DNA from: Alphaproteobacteria bacterium
Lineage (GTDB): Bacteria; Pseudomonadota; Alphaproteobacteria; GCA-2731375
NCBI GenBank assembly: GCA_965232515.1
Contig: CBDDPY010000002.1
Location: 3,936,001-4,000,000, forward strand
Direction of reading: 5' to 3'
Length of the DNA: 64,000 nt
Made by a program: the position numbers and the translations under genes
Notes under the pieces: generated by a model
The model's input: the letters and a program-made list of their open reading frames with translations, nothing else
What the model was told of the DNA's origin: nothing
The model's database searches: none
Shown here: one piece after another, positions 20,815 through 30,257 of the stretch
Layout of the letters: each line of letters starts with the position of its first letter
How positions within the stretch are numbered: position 1 is the stretch's first letter

Positions 20815-20991
20815 TCAGTGGCCGGCGGCGACCTTGGCGGTCGACCTCAAGACATAGCGGCGGCCGCAATAGGGGCAGTCGATCTCCGTCTTCTCGCCCA
20901 TGTTCAGATAGACGGCCGGATGGCCCAGCGCGCCGCCGCCGTCGCAGCGGACGACCGGTTCGTCGACGTCGATAATCTCGGGCGGTTCCAT
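20815..20991 (-). CDS. Zinc-finger domain protein (zf-CHCC, NDUFS6-like)
   Basis: VRCDGGGALGHPAVYL...CPYCGRRY. Confidence 0.9.
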   Translation of the reverse strand: MEPPEIIDVDEPVVRCDGGGALGHPAVYLNMGEKTEIDCPYCGRRYVLRSTAKVAAGH

Positions 20992-21094
20992 ATTTGCGGT
21001 ACCTGGTTTTTGTTCCGTTGAGCGTGCGTTGACCCCGAACTGCGCCGGATGATACCCATTGCCGCCACGCAATCAACCGGACAGATTTCACCGC

Positions 21095-22072
21095 ATGTCT
21101 CAGGCGACCGAGGCCGCGTCCGGCCACGCCACCCTGCCCGATCTCGCCATCGATGCGCGCGGCCTGCGCAAGGTCTACGGCGCCGGCGATAAGGCGCGCG
21201 AGGCGCTGCGCGGCATCGACCTCGCGATCCCGCGCGGCGCCGTGTTCGGCCTGCTCGGGCCCAACGGCGCCGGCAAGTCGACCTTCATCAACATCCTGGC
21301 CGGCCTGGTGGTCAAGACCGCCGGCCGCGTGCGCGTCTGGGACCACGACATCGACACCGATACCCGCATGGCCCGCGGCGCCATCGGCGTGGTGCCGCAG
21401 GAACTGAACCTCGACGCCTTCTTCAGCCCGCGCGAGCTCTTGGAATTCCAGGCCGGTCTCTACGGCGTGCCCAAATCCGAGCGCCGCACCGACGAGATCC
21501 TGGCCATGGTGGCGCTGACCGACAAGGCCGACGCCTATTCCCGCAGCCTGTCGGGCGGCATGAAGCGCCGTCTCCTGGTTGCCAAGGCGATGGTGCACGA
21601 TCCGCCGATCCTGGTGCTGGACGAGCCCACCGCCGGCGTCGATGTCGAGTTGCGCCAGCAGCTCTGGGATCACATCCGCCGCCTCAACGACGACGGCGTC
21701 ACCGTGCTGCTGACGACGCATTATCTCGAAGAGGCGCAGCAGCTCTGCGACCGCATCGCCATCATCCACCATGGACAGGTGGTGGCGTGCGACGAGACCG
21801 CGGGCCTCGTCGCCCGCCTCGACCGCAAGGAGCTGACCATCACGCTCGCCGAGGACGTCACGGCCGTGCCGCCGACGCTCGCCCGCTTCGAGGCCGACCT
21901 GCACCCGCCGCGTCGCCTGGTCGTGCGCTACCGCCCCAGCCGCACCCAGATCCGCGACGTGCTCGCCGCCGTCCAAGCCGCCGGCCTCGTCATCGCCGAC
22001 CTCACCACCGAGGAAGCCGACCTCGAAGACATCTTCATCGCCCTCACGCAAGCCGACGACGCGAACGACTGA
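21095..22072 (+). CDS. ABC-2 type transporter ATP-binding protein (YadG-like)
   Basis: [36 protein letters not shown]. Confidence 0.92.
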   Translation: MSQATEAASGHATLPDLAIDARGLRKVYGAGDKAREALRGIDLAIPRGAVFGLLGPNGAGKSTFINILAGLVVKTAGRVRVWDHDIDTDTRMARGAIGVVPQELNLDAFFSPRELLEFQAGLYGVPKSERRTDEILAMVALTDKADAYSRSLSGGMKRRLLVAKAMVHDPPILVLDEPTAGVDVELRQQLWDHIRRLNDDGVTVLLTTHYLEEAQQLCDRIAIIHHGQVVACDETAGLVARLDRKELTITLAEDVTAVPPTLARFEADLHPPRRLVVRYRPSRTQIRDVLAAVQAAGLVIADLTTEEADLEDIFIALTQADDAND

Positions 22073-22137
22073 GAGCCACGCCTGAACCGGTTCCAGCGAG
22101 AACGCCGGCCGATAGCATGAGAAAGCCGCCACCACAT

Positions 22138-22223
22138 CGTCTTTGCCGGACTTGGTCCGGCAATCCAGGAAGCACTTGCCGCAGGCATCATGCTGGATCA
22201 CCGGGTCAAGCCCGGTGATGACA
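22138..22223. repeat. CGTC-type REP doublet, family B (CTTG/TCAAG loop)
   Basis: CGTCTTTGCCGGACTTGGTCCGGCAATCCA ... TGGATCACCGGGTCAAGCCCGGTGATGACA between convergent genes. Confidence 0.8.
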
Positions 22224-22241
22224 ATCTAAGGCCGTCGCGGC

Positions 22242-23033
22242 TCAGGCGATCAACGCCTCGCCCCGCCGGAATGCGTCCGTGAACCGGTCGAGGCCGTGCG
22301 AGCCGCCGTTCACCAGCCGCCGTGCCCGCCGCAGGTCGTCCTCGGCGAGCGCCGTCTTGATCGCCTGTTCCTTCTCCTTGAGGAACGTCGCCAGCACCGC
22401 GGCGGCAACGTCCGGCTCGTTCGCCCGCTCCGGCGCGTTCACCAGATCGATGCCCAGCTTCTCGCCGATGCGCCTATAATTGTCGCGGCCGGTGAGTTGG
22501 ATGTATCCGCGGCCCCGGAAGTGCGCACCGTCCGGCGGCCCCTGATTGCCCAGGTCGCTTCGGTTGTCGTAGAGGTCGAACGGATGCCCGCCGGGCGAGG
22601 TGTTGAACCGCGACTGGAACTCGTTGATCGGCACGAAGCCCTCGGTCTCGGCCCGAATCGTCGCCAGCGCCATCAGCACCATCAGCCGCTCCAGCAGATC
22701 GGCATCATCGAGCGCCCCCAGCACGGGCGGCAGGTTCGCCGCGATATTGCGTCGGGGCGTCTGGGGGAACATTCCGGCCACCGCGTCGACCGAAACATTG
22801 CCGATCGCCAGCGGCGGGTCCGGGTCCTGATCGAGCGCCAGCGCCGCGAAGGTCCGCGCCCCGGCAACACCGTCCGGCACCAGGCCTTCGCTCCGCTGAA
22901 AGGCGATCAGCGCCGCCTCTGTGCCGGCACCGAAAATCCCGTCAATCGCGCCCGGACTGAACCCACGCGCGCTCAGCGCCTCCTGCAGCGCCCGCACGTC
23001 CTCACCGGTATCGAATCGCTTAAGCGTCGCCAT
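22242..23033 (-). CDS. Peptidoglycan-binding domain plus glycoside hydrolase family 19 (endolysin/lysozyme-like)
   Basis: PG_binding_1 pattern (VRALQEAL...DGIFGAGTEAALIAFQ...DGVAG) then AETEGF, FRGRGYIQLTGRDNY, RLVNGGSHGL. Confidence 0.88.
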   Translation of the reverse strand: MATLKRFDTGEDVRALQEALSARGFSPGAIDGIFGAGTEAALIAFQRSEGLVPDGVAGARTFAALALDQDPDPPLAIGNVSVDAVAGMFPQTPRRNIAANLPPVLGALDDADLLERLMVLMALATIRAETEGFVPINEFQSRFNTSPGGHPFDLYDNRSDLGNQGPPDGAHFRGRGYIQLTGRDNYRRIGEKLGIDLVNAPERANEPDVAAAVLATFLKEKEQAIKTALAEDDLRRARRLVNGGSHGLDRFTDAFRRGEALIA

Positions 23034-23213
23034 CGCCACCCTCCGCTTTCACGGTCCCAGACAGCACCCGCAACGCCACCATGATCCCCCATCCCGCCGC
23101 CGACGACAACGCCACGACGCATGTGCATTTCCGGCCACGCCCGACACAACAATTGCCCCAGCCCCGCCCTTCGACTACAAAGACCCGAATCGAAGGGCGT
23201 ATGCGTCCCCTAC

Positions 23214-23290
<77 letters not shown>

Positions 23291-23395
23291 CCCTTCCCAA
23301 TAAAATCAAAAACCTAGAAGCCTCGATTTGCCAGGTAACACCGAATTTGCGTTGCACAGGCGTCACTTGGACGAACTCGATTGTTCTGCCGCTGG

Positions 23396-24286
23396 TCAGA
23401 ATTTCTCCCGAAAGGACGCCACGAGATAATCGACGAAGGCGCGCGAGGAGGCCTTTGCGTTATGTCCTCCAGCGAGAACCGCATTGATCTCAACCGCGCC
23501 GATGCTCCAATCCGGAAGCAGTCGAACAAGCGCACCGCTCTCTAACTCTGTTCTGCATCCCATCAGTGCGGTGGACACGATCCCCATTCCGGCGACCGCT
23601 GCTGCCGTCGTCCCTTCGTTGACGGTGATCATGAGCTTGCTTTCGACCTGCACGGACGTCGTCTTCCCATTCTTCTTAAACGTCCAGCCAGCGTTGCCCG
23701 CGGAAGAAGGCCCCAGGATGATCTGATGACCGGCAAGATCCGCGGGGCGCTTCGGCGTTCCTGCTTTTTTTAGATAGGCCGGCGACGCCGCGATCAGGCG
23801 CTGCGATTCCCCCAGCTTTCTTGCAGTCATTGTTGAATCGCTAAGCGGACCGGAGCGGAGCGCGACATCAATCGCCTCCTCGATCAGATCCTGGCGCGAA
23901 TCCGTCAGGACGAGATCGACCTTCAGCTCGGGGTGCTGAGCCATGAACGCCGGCAAGCGCGGGACGATTTCTCGCACGGCAAAGCTTGTGGCGGAGCCGA
24001 CCCGCAGATGTCCCCGCAGCTCTCCTGTCCCTCGGACAAGATGGTTCGCTTCTTCCAGCGCCGCCAGGATCGGATCCAACCTTGCCAGATAGTCTGCTCC
24101 GGCCTCCGTCAGCTTCACCGCATGCGTACTTCTGACGAACAGGGCAGCGCCCAGGTCCTTCTCAAGCTTGGAGATGATTCTGGACACGGACGGTTGCGAC
24201 AACCCGCTTTCCTTGCCGGCCGTCGTAAAGCTGCCCGAACGGGCCACACGGCTGAACAGTCGCAACGAGGAGATACGGTCATTCAT
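23396..24286 (-). CDS. LysR family transcriptional regulator (CrgA/DmlR-like)
   Basis: GSFTTAG...SQPSVSR...[18 protein letters not shown]; [12 protein letters not shown]. Confidence 0.92.
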   Translation of the reverse strand: MNDRISSLRLFSRVARSGSFTTAGKESGLSQPSVSRIISKLEKDLGAALFVRSTHAVKLTEAGADYLARLDPILAALEEANHLVRGTGELRGHLRVGSATSFAVREIVPRLPAFMAQHPELKVDLVLTDSRQDLIEEAIDVALRSGPLSDSTMTARKLGESQRLIAASPAYLKKAGTPKRPADLAGHQIILGPSSAGNAGWTFKKNGKTTSVQVESKLMITVNEGTTAAAVAGMGIVSTALMGCRTELESGALVRLLPDWSIGAVEINAVLAGGHNAKASSRAFVDYLVASFREKF

Positions 24287-24447
24287 TTGTATTTCAAATA
24301 ACTGTTAGATATTTGATGATTCTACAAATCAAATTTCAAATGATCAACTTTATCACCACTGGCGGCCATCTGTTTTGAACCCTGTCGTTCATCCCGATCA
24401 GAAGCGCCCGGCAGCCGCAGTTCAGATTTTTGGGAAAGGCATAAGCC

Positions 24448-24855
24448 ATGACCACCGCGACACAGAGCCCAGGACGGGTCGCCCGCATCATGCGATCGTA
24501 TGACGACCTGCCGACGTGGGTGAAAATCTGGATGAACTTCATCCTTGGCCCGATCAACCTCGCAACGCTCGCCTTTATCAATGAGCCAAGCGGCCCCTTG
24601 ATCGCCGCCCTGGCCATCGGCGGCATGATCGTCACGGTGTCCATCGTTTTCGCCGTTGGTGGATTTACAAAACTGGCATCGGCCGGGCATGTCGTGCCCT
24701 GGACACCGCTTGTCTTGATGTTGGCCTTTGCCCGACCGGACGGCAGCGCTGTCTATCTGATGTTTCTGACGGCCCTCTTGATCGCCAACGTGATCTCCCT
24801 GCTGTTCGACTTCAACGATATGCGTCTTTGGCTCAAATCGAGAACGCGATCCTAG
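24448..24855 (+). CDS. Small integral membrane protein, unknown function
   Basis: About four hydrophobic segments, LPTWVKIWM, GHVVPWTPL; RBS AAAGG; divergent from LysR. Confidence 0.75.
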   Translation: MTTATQSPGRVARIMRSYDDLPTWVKIWMNFILGPINLATLAFINEPSGPLIAALAIGGMIVTVSIVFAVGGFTKLASAGHVVPWTPLVLMLAFARPDGSAVYLMFLTALLIANVISLLFDFNDMRLWLKSRTRS

Positions 24856-24928
24856 TCGCCAGAAGGCGTTTTTCTCACCACGCCGGGTGACGAGAAAATC
24901 TCTTCGTTACGGCTCTCTCCCACCCACC

Positions 24929-24962
24929 ACGGCAGCCACGATCGTGGCTGCCGTTTCTTTTT
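24929..24962 (+). terminator. Intrinsic terminator-like hairpin
   Basis: ACGGCAGCCACG-AT-CGTGGCTGCCGT followed by TTCTTTTT. Confidence 0.6.
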
Positions 24963-25144
24963 GTGGTCAGGCAAGCGCATTCACTTTTCAAATAACCGTT
25001 AGTTCAGAAACGCCGCTACCAATCGATAATCGAATGAAAAATATTGGACTCGTAGGCGGCCGAAATGTTCCGGATATCGGTCTGCGGATCGACCAAGAGA
25101 GCCCAACCGCCGTGAATTTTGAGCTTTAGCAAAGGAACGAAACC

Positions 25145-25807
25145 ATGACCCTTCAAGACAAACTCGACGCTTTCAAAGCCGACTTCGAAACGAACCAGGC
25201 GCCGCCGGCAGCGGTCGAGGCGTTCCATCGCTCCAATCAGGAGCTGATCGACGCCGGCTATGCCGAACGTGCTCTCAAAGCAGGCCAAGTCGCTCCGGAA
25301 TTCACGCTGAAGGATTCGGACGGCAACAACGTCTCGTCGCGTGACCTGCTCGCCAAAGGCCCGTTGGTGCTGACCTTCTATCGCGGCGTATGGTGCCCAT
25401 ACTGCAATCTCGAACTGCAAGCTTTGGAAGAAGTCGTTGGCGACATTGAAGCGCGCGGCGCTTCGCTCGTGGCGATCTCTCAACAAAGCGCCGAGAACAG
25501 CCGCAAATCAAAACGCCAAAACAATCTTAGCTTCCCGATCCTGACCGACCAGGCGGGTGATCTCGGCGAGAAGTTTGGCCTGCGTTGGACCCTGCAACCC
25601 CACCTCATCGAGTTCTTCAGGATGTTCCAGGTCGAGCTTCCGGCAATCCAGAACGATGACAAATGGACCCTGCCGATGCCCGCTCGATACATCATCGATA
25701 CGGACGGTAAGATCGTCTATGCCGAGGTCAATCCCGACTATACCCGTCGGCCGGAGCCCAGCGATCTCTTCCCCGTCCTCGACAAAATTACCCGCGCGGC
25801 GGCGTAA
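25145..25807 (+). CDS. Peroxiredoxin-like AhpC/TSA family redoxin
   Basis: LTFYRGVWCPYCNLELQAL, LPMPARYIID, NPDYTRRPEP. Confidence 0.9.
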   Translation: MTLQDKLDAFKADFETNQAPPAAVEAFHRSNQELIDAGYAERALKAGQVAPEFTLKDSDGNNVSSRDLLAKGPLVLTFYRGVWCPYCNLELQALEEVVGDIEARGASLVAISQQSAENSRKSKRQNNLSFPILTDQAGDLGEKFGLRWTLQPHLIEFFRMFQVELPAIQNDDKWTLPMPARYIIDTDGKIVYAEVNPDYTRRPEPSDLFPVLDKITRAAA

Positions 25808-25828
25808 CCGCGCGGCCTTCCGCCCAGC

Positions 25829-25863
25829 CCCCTGACGTTGCATGCGACAAGCAACGTCAGGGG
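25829..25863. terminator. Hairpin downstream of redoxin gene
   Basis: 13-bp stem CCCCTGACGTTGC / GCAACGTCAGGGG; no U-tract. Confidence 0.45.
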
Positions 25864-25923
25864 CAGGAGACAGGGTCTACGCAGATAATAGCCACCAGAC
25901 AGTCGGCCAGGCACGAGCTGTGG

Positions 25924-26028
25924 TCAGGCGTTGGCCCGCGCCAGGCGGCCATAGTGCATAGGATTGACGTTGTAGAAGCCGTGATCCAGGTCGCCGAGGG
26001 CCGGCGGGACATGCGGGGCGAGACCGCG
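25924..26028 (-). pseudogene. Fragment of a paralog of the adjacent methyltransferase-like gene
   Basis: Translates RGLAPHVPPALGDLDHGFYNVNPMHYGRLARANA-stop versus GGVALHVLPAFGDIDHGFYNIHPMIFGHLARANG in 26106-26978. Confidence 0.75.
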
Positions 26029-26105
26029 GGCGGCTCAGCCCTTGATGTGCAGGAGGTTCGACAGCGGCGGGCCGAGCATGGTGCCGGGGATGTCGGTCGA
26101 AGGGC

Positions 26106-26978
26106 TTACGACGCGGCGGCGACCGGGTTGATCTGACGCCAGTACTGATCTTCGGCGCTGGCCTGTTGCGGCCAGACGAAGGCGGCGCTCGTCAGCTTGC
26201 GCAACGCGACGAAGCAATAGTCGAACACGATCGCCGGCGCTTCATGCACCCGGTGCATCACCTTCTCGGCCGTCTCGGCGTCGGCCACATTGGTGACGAA
26301 GGCGACCGTCACCTTGCGTGTGAACAGGCGGCGGTCCTGCATGTCGTCGAAGCTGATTTGCAGGCCGTCGAAATCGAAACCGTCCTCGGGCCGCTCCTGC
26401 ACCTGAAGCGACTTCAAATGCAGATGGTCGATGTACTGCACGTCGACAACCTGATAGCCGTTCGCACGCGCCAGATGACCGAAGATCATGGGATGGATGT
26501 TGTAGAAGCCGTGGTCGATGTCGCCGAACGCCGGCAGGACGTGCAAGGCCACGCCGCCGGGCCGTAACAGGTTGTGCACCGTCTCGAACACGGCGGCGAT
26601 GTTGAAGCAGTGCTCGGCCGTGCCGAAGTTTGTGACCACGTCGTATTGGCGGCCGGCCGCAATGGGGTGGTTGAGATCGTAGGCATAGGTCGCCCGGCCG
26701 TCACCGAGATCGATCGAATGATAGGGCGCCAGCCCAAACAGACCGTACAGCCGCTCCTGACCGTTCGGCGCGAACCGGTCGTCGCCATGCGGACAGAACG
26801 CCGCCATTGTCGCATCGACCTGGCCGTCCTCGACATGCCGGCGCACGACCTGCTCGATCACGCCGCGTGTCGTCATCATGTCTTGCGGGCCCAGTTCCAT
26901 GATCGAGTGCAAGCCCTCGAACGCACCGCGCTGGGCCAACCTGCTGAACCAGAACGCCATCACCGGGTTGATACCCAT
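26106..26978 (-). CDS. Class I SAM-dependent methyltransferase-like protein
   Basis: SIMELGPQD, YHSIDL, YDVVTNFGTAEHCFN, HNLLRPGGVALH. Confidence 0.75.
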   Translation of the reverse strand: MGINPVMAFWFSRLAQRGAFEGLHSIMELGPQDMMTTRGVIEQVVRRHVEDGQVDATMAAFCPHGDDRFAPNGQERLYGLFGLAPYHSIDLGDGRATYAYDLNHPIAAGRQYDVVTNFGTAEHCFNIAAVFETVHNLLRPGGVALHVLPAFGDIDHGFYNIHPMIFGHLARANGYQVVDVQYIDHLHLKSLQVQERPEDGFDFDGLQISFDDMQDRRLFTRKVTVAFVTNVADAETAEKVMHRVHEAPAIVFDYCFVALRKLTSAAFVWPQQASAEDQYWRQINPVAAAS

Positions 26979-27252
26979 GACCCCTCCAATGCACTGCACA
27001 AACGCCGACAACGACAATTTTCCAGATATAAGAATTATATCTATTCAATTCTCGTTTTCGATTCTAGATTGTATTGAACTTGGTTAATTTTCAATTTACG
27101 AAAGCGCGATCTGTCTGCCGATAGTGGGCTCGACCGCCCGCCAACGCCCCGAACGGCGCACGTCGCCGATGGCAATTCCTTTGGGAACCAGATGATTGTG
27201 CCGCTGCGATCGGGGGCCGGACCGACGACACTGCGCCCAAAATGATTGCGAT

Positions 27253-27876
27253 CTAGACGTCGCCAGTGGGGGTAGATTCAGGCCCGGCGACGCGCATCAA
27301 TAACGTGAACGCCCATGCCGCGCGTTCGTCGATCGCCGTTGCGTCGGGCGCCGGCAGTGCGCCGATCGCGCGCCGGATCTGCAGGTCGCCGATCAGCAGC
27401 GAGAAATAGAACTTCACGGCCGTGTCGGGTGGCATGCCGGGGAGCTCGCCCTGCGCGTGCGCGCTGACGAACACCTCGACGATCAGCGGTAGAATCGTGT
27501 CGCGGCCCGCTTCGGTCAGCGCCCGGCCGAGCTCGCCGCTCGCATCGGCCGCCGCCGCGCGATTGAGCGCAATGGCGCGATTGCCGACCAGCAGTGCCAA
27601 GAGATGCGGCCCTAACGCTCGAATGGCCTCAAGCGGCGGCCGCCCGGCCGCGAGATCCGCCTCCAACAATGCACGCACGTCGGCCGCGTTCCGCGCCACC
27701 ATGGCCTTGAACAAGCCCTGCTTGTCGCCGTACCAGCGATAGAGCGTTTCGTTCGAGGCCTTCGCCCGTTTGGCCACGCCCAGCATCGACATGCCGGCAT
27801 AGCCGTTTTCCTCGAGCAGCGCATAGGCGGCCTGTTCTATCTGCTGCTTGCGGATCAATCGCGCCGCGTCGCGCAT
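27253..27876 (-). CDS. TetR/AcrR family regulator
   Basis: IEQAAYALLEENGY...VAKRAKASNETLYRWYGDKQGLF HTH. Confidence 0.92.
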   Translation of the reverse strand: MRDAARLIRKQQIEQAAYALLEENGYAGMSMLGVAKRAKASNETLYRWYGDKQGLFKAMVARNAADVRALLEADLAAGRPPLEAIRALGPHLLALLVGNRAIALNRAAAADASGELGRALTEAGRDTILPLIVEVFVSAHAQGELPGMPPDTAVKFYFSLLIGDLQIRRAIGALPAPDATAIDERAAWAFTLLMRVAGPESTPTGDV

Positions 27877-27905
27877 TGAGTGGCCCTCCATCGCCTTGAC
27901 AAAAC

Positions 27906-27951
27906 CGTACACTTGATTACGTAGAAAAAGATAATCGTACATATCATTACG
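27906..27951. promoter_or_regulatory. Tandem putative TetR operators (CGTACA-N5-TTACG, two copies)
   Basis: CGTACACTTGATTACG (27906-27921) and CGTACATATCATTACG (27936-27951), 30-bp period, between divergent TetR and DUF1772 genes. Confidence 0.65.
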
Positions 27952-27965
27952 CTTTTGGATACGCC

Positions 27966-28493
27966 ATGCGCAACCTGCTGGTCCTATCGGCCTTCGTCGC
28001 CCTGCTCCTGACGGGCGCCGTCTTCGGCTTCTTCTACGCCTGGGTCTGCTCCACCATGTGGGGGCTGGACGCGGCCGACCCGCGCACCGCTATCGCGGCC
28101 ATGCAGGCGATGAACGCGTCGGTGCGAAACGCCGTCTTCGCGCCGGCCTTCTTTCTGACCCCCGTCGCATTGGTGATTACGGCCGCGCTCGCCTGGCGGG
28201 CGAAACAAGGGCCGGCCGCGGCGGCGTTTTCGGCGGCGGGCCTCATCTACCTGTTCGGCGGGATGCTGCTGACCATGACGGTGAACGTGCCGATGAACGA
28301 GACCCTGGCGCTGGTCGCCATCCCCGACGATCCGGCCGAAGCCGCCCAAATCTGGCGGGACTATTCCGGCCCCTGGCAGTTCTGGAACCAGACCCGCACC
28401 GTGTTCTCGGGCCTGGCGCTGGGTCTGGCCGGCTACGGCCTCTATCGCCTGGGCCAACGGCGCGACGGCCCGCAGACGACGGCGACCGCCTAA
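27966..28493 (+). CDS. DUF1772 / anthrone oxygenase family membrane protein
   Basis: GFFYAW...MWGL...AMQAMNASVRN, NVPMNETL, WQFWNQTRT. Confidence 0.85.
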   Translation: MRNLLVLSAFVALLLTGAVFGFFYAWVCSTMWGLDAADPRTAIAAMQAMNASVRNAVFAPAFFLTPVALVITAALAWRAKQGPAAAAFSAAGLIYLFGGMLLTMTVNVPMNETLALVAIPDDPAEAAQIWRDYSGPWQFWNQTRTVFSGLALGLAGYGLYRLGQRRDGPQTTATA

Positions 28494-28578
28494 GCGCCTG
28501 GCCGTACGCGTAGCCGGCGCGCCGCATAGGGCTCGCCCGCCGGCGCCGCGAGCGTGTAAGGTCGGCGCCGGCCGGACC

Positions 28579-30228
28579 ATGCTCGACGATTTCGACACCT
28601 GCACCGATCACGCCGACCTCGCGGCCGATATCTGCATTGTCGGCGCCGGCGCGGCCGGGATTACGCTCGCGCGCGCATTGCGCGGCAAGGGCCATGAGAT
28701 CCTGCTGCTGGAAAGCGGCGGCGCGGATTTCGAGGCTGACGTGCAAGACCTTGCGTCCGGCGAGGTCAGCGGCTTCGACTACTATCCCCTTGTCGACTCG
28801 CGGCTGCGTTTCTTCGGCGGCACCACGGCGATCTGGGGCGGCCGTAGCGCCAGGCTCGACGCCATCGATTTCACGCGGCGCGACTGGGTGGCGGACAGTG
28901 GCTGGCCGTTCGGGCCCGAGACGCTTGCGCCCCATTACGTCGCGGCCGAGCAGCGCCTGGGGCTCGATACCGCAACGGCCGACGACGGCGCCTGGCAACG
29001 GCTCGGCCTGACGCCGCCGCCGTTCGATCCGGCCGAGCTCGGCGTCAACCTCTGGCAGTTCGACGAGCAGGCCGACCGGTTCACGCTTCCCCGCTGCCGG
29101 GACCTAATCGACGCCGCCGACGTGCGCATCCTGCTGCACGCGACCGTCACCCGCATCCGCGCCAACGCCGCCGGGCGCGCGGTCGAGCGGCTCGAGATCG
29201 CCAATCTGCGCGGCGGCCGCGGCCAGGTCCGCGCCGGCACGGTCGTACTGGCGGCCGGCGGGCTTGAAATTCCGCGCCTGCTGCTGGCGTCCAACGACGT
29301 GCAGCCCCACGGCCTCGGCAACGAACACGATCTGGTCGGCCGCTACTTCATGGAGCATCCGCACGCCCGCGGCGGCCGCATCGTCAGCGACCGGCCCTGG
29401 CGGCTGCTGCACCTGCTGCCGCGCTCGCATCGGCACGGTGGCCGGCGTTATGCGACGCTCGGCCGCCCGTCGGAGACGTTGCAGCGACGCGACGGCCTGC
29501 TGAACACGTCTTTCACGCTTGCCGCCCGGCAGGCGCCGGACGACCGCATGGCCGCGACCCGGCGCGCCTACGACACGTTGAAGCATGCGCTGCCGCCGGA
29601 CCGCCTGCGCCGCAATCTCTGGCGCACGGCCAAGCATGGCGTCGTCCGACTGCAGGAGGCGCTGGGTCCGGTCCTGCCCTGGCTGGCGGTAAAAAGGGGC
29701 GCCAAGGGCATCTACGCCATCCTGCGCGCCGAGCAGGCGCCGAACCCGGACAGCCGCGTCGTGCTGACCGGCGATCGCGACGCGCTCGGCCTGCCGCGCC
29801 TCGCGCTCGACTGGCGCTTCCGCGACATCGACCGGGTCAGCGCCCACGGCCTGATGGCCGCGCTCGACCGCGAGCTGCGGCGCCTCGATCTCGGCCGGGT
29901 CGAGATCAATCCCTGGCTCCGCGACGGCGATACGCCCTGGCAGACCGATCCGCTGATCAGCAGCCATCCGCTCGCCGGCTATCACCACATGGGCACGACC
30001 CGCATGGCCGACGATCCGCGCAAGGGCGTGGTCGACGCCGACGCCCGCGTGCACGGCCTCGACAATCTTTACGTGGCCGGCAGTTCGGTGTTCCCGACCG
30101 GCGGCTGGGCCAATCCGACGCTGACCATCATCGCGCTGGCGCTGCGCCTCGCCGACCACCTGACGGTCCGCAGCGGCGGCGCGACGACCGACGCCGCCGC
30201 ACTGGAAAACACCGGCCCGATGGGCTAA
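28579..30228 (+). CDS. GMC family FAD oxidoreductase
   Basis: DICIVGAGAAG, GRYFMEHP, EQAPNPDSRV, HHMGTTRM, GSSVFPTGGWANPTLT. Confidence 0.92.
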   Translation: MLDDFDTCTDHADLAADICIVGAGAAGITLARALRGKGHEILLLESGGADFEADVQDLASGEVSGFDYYPLVDSRLRFFGGTTAIWGGRSARLDAIDFTRRDWVADSGWPFGPETLAPHYVAAEQRLGLDTATADDGAWQRLGLTPPPFDPAELGVNLWQFDEQADRFTLPRCRDLIDAADVRILLHATVTRIRANAAGRAVERLEIANLRGGRGQVRAGTVVLAAGGLEIPRLLLASNDVQPHGLGNEHDLVGRYFMEHPHARGGRIVSDRPWRLLHLLPRSHRHGGRRYATLGRPSETLQRRDGLLNTSFTLAARQAPDDRMAATRRAYDTLKHALPPDRLRRNLWRTAKHGVVRLQEALGPVLPWLAVKRGAKGIYAILRAEQAPNPDSRVVLTGDRDALGLPRLALDWRFRDIDRVSAHGLMAALDRELRRLDLGRVEINPWLRDGDTPWQTDPLISSHPLAGYHHMGTTRMADDPRKGVVDADARVHGLDNLYVAGSSVFPTGGWANPTLTIIALALRLADHLTVRSGGATTDAAALENTGPMG

Positions 30229-30257
30229 CTGGCGGTCGCCGCCGCCAACGTTGGAAC

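Noticed and set aside
24887-25129. 80-aa ORF in the islet
   Set aside because: Runs through a terminator-like hairpin, has no recognisable motif and no clear RBS; likely non-coding.
27084-27098. CtrA-like TTAA-N7-TTTA upstream of the methyltransferase-like gene
   Set aside because: Lies in a very AT-rich tract where a one-mismatch hit is expected by chance.
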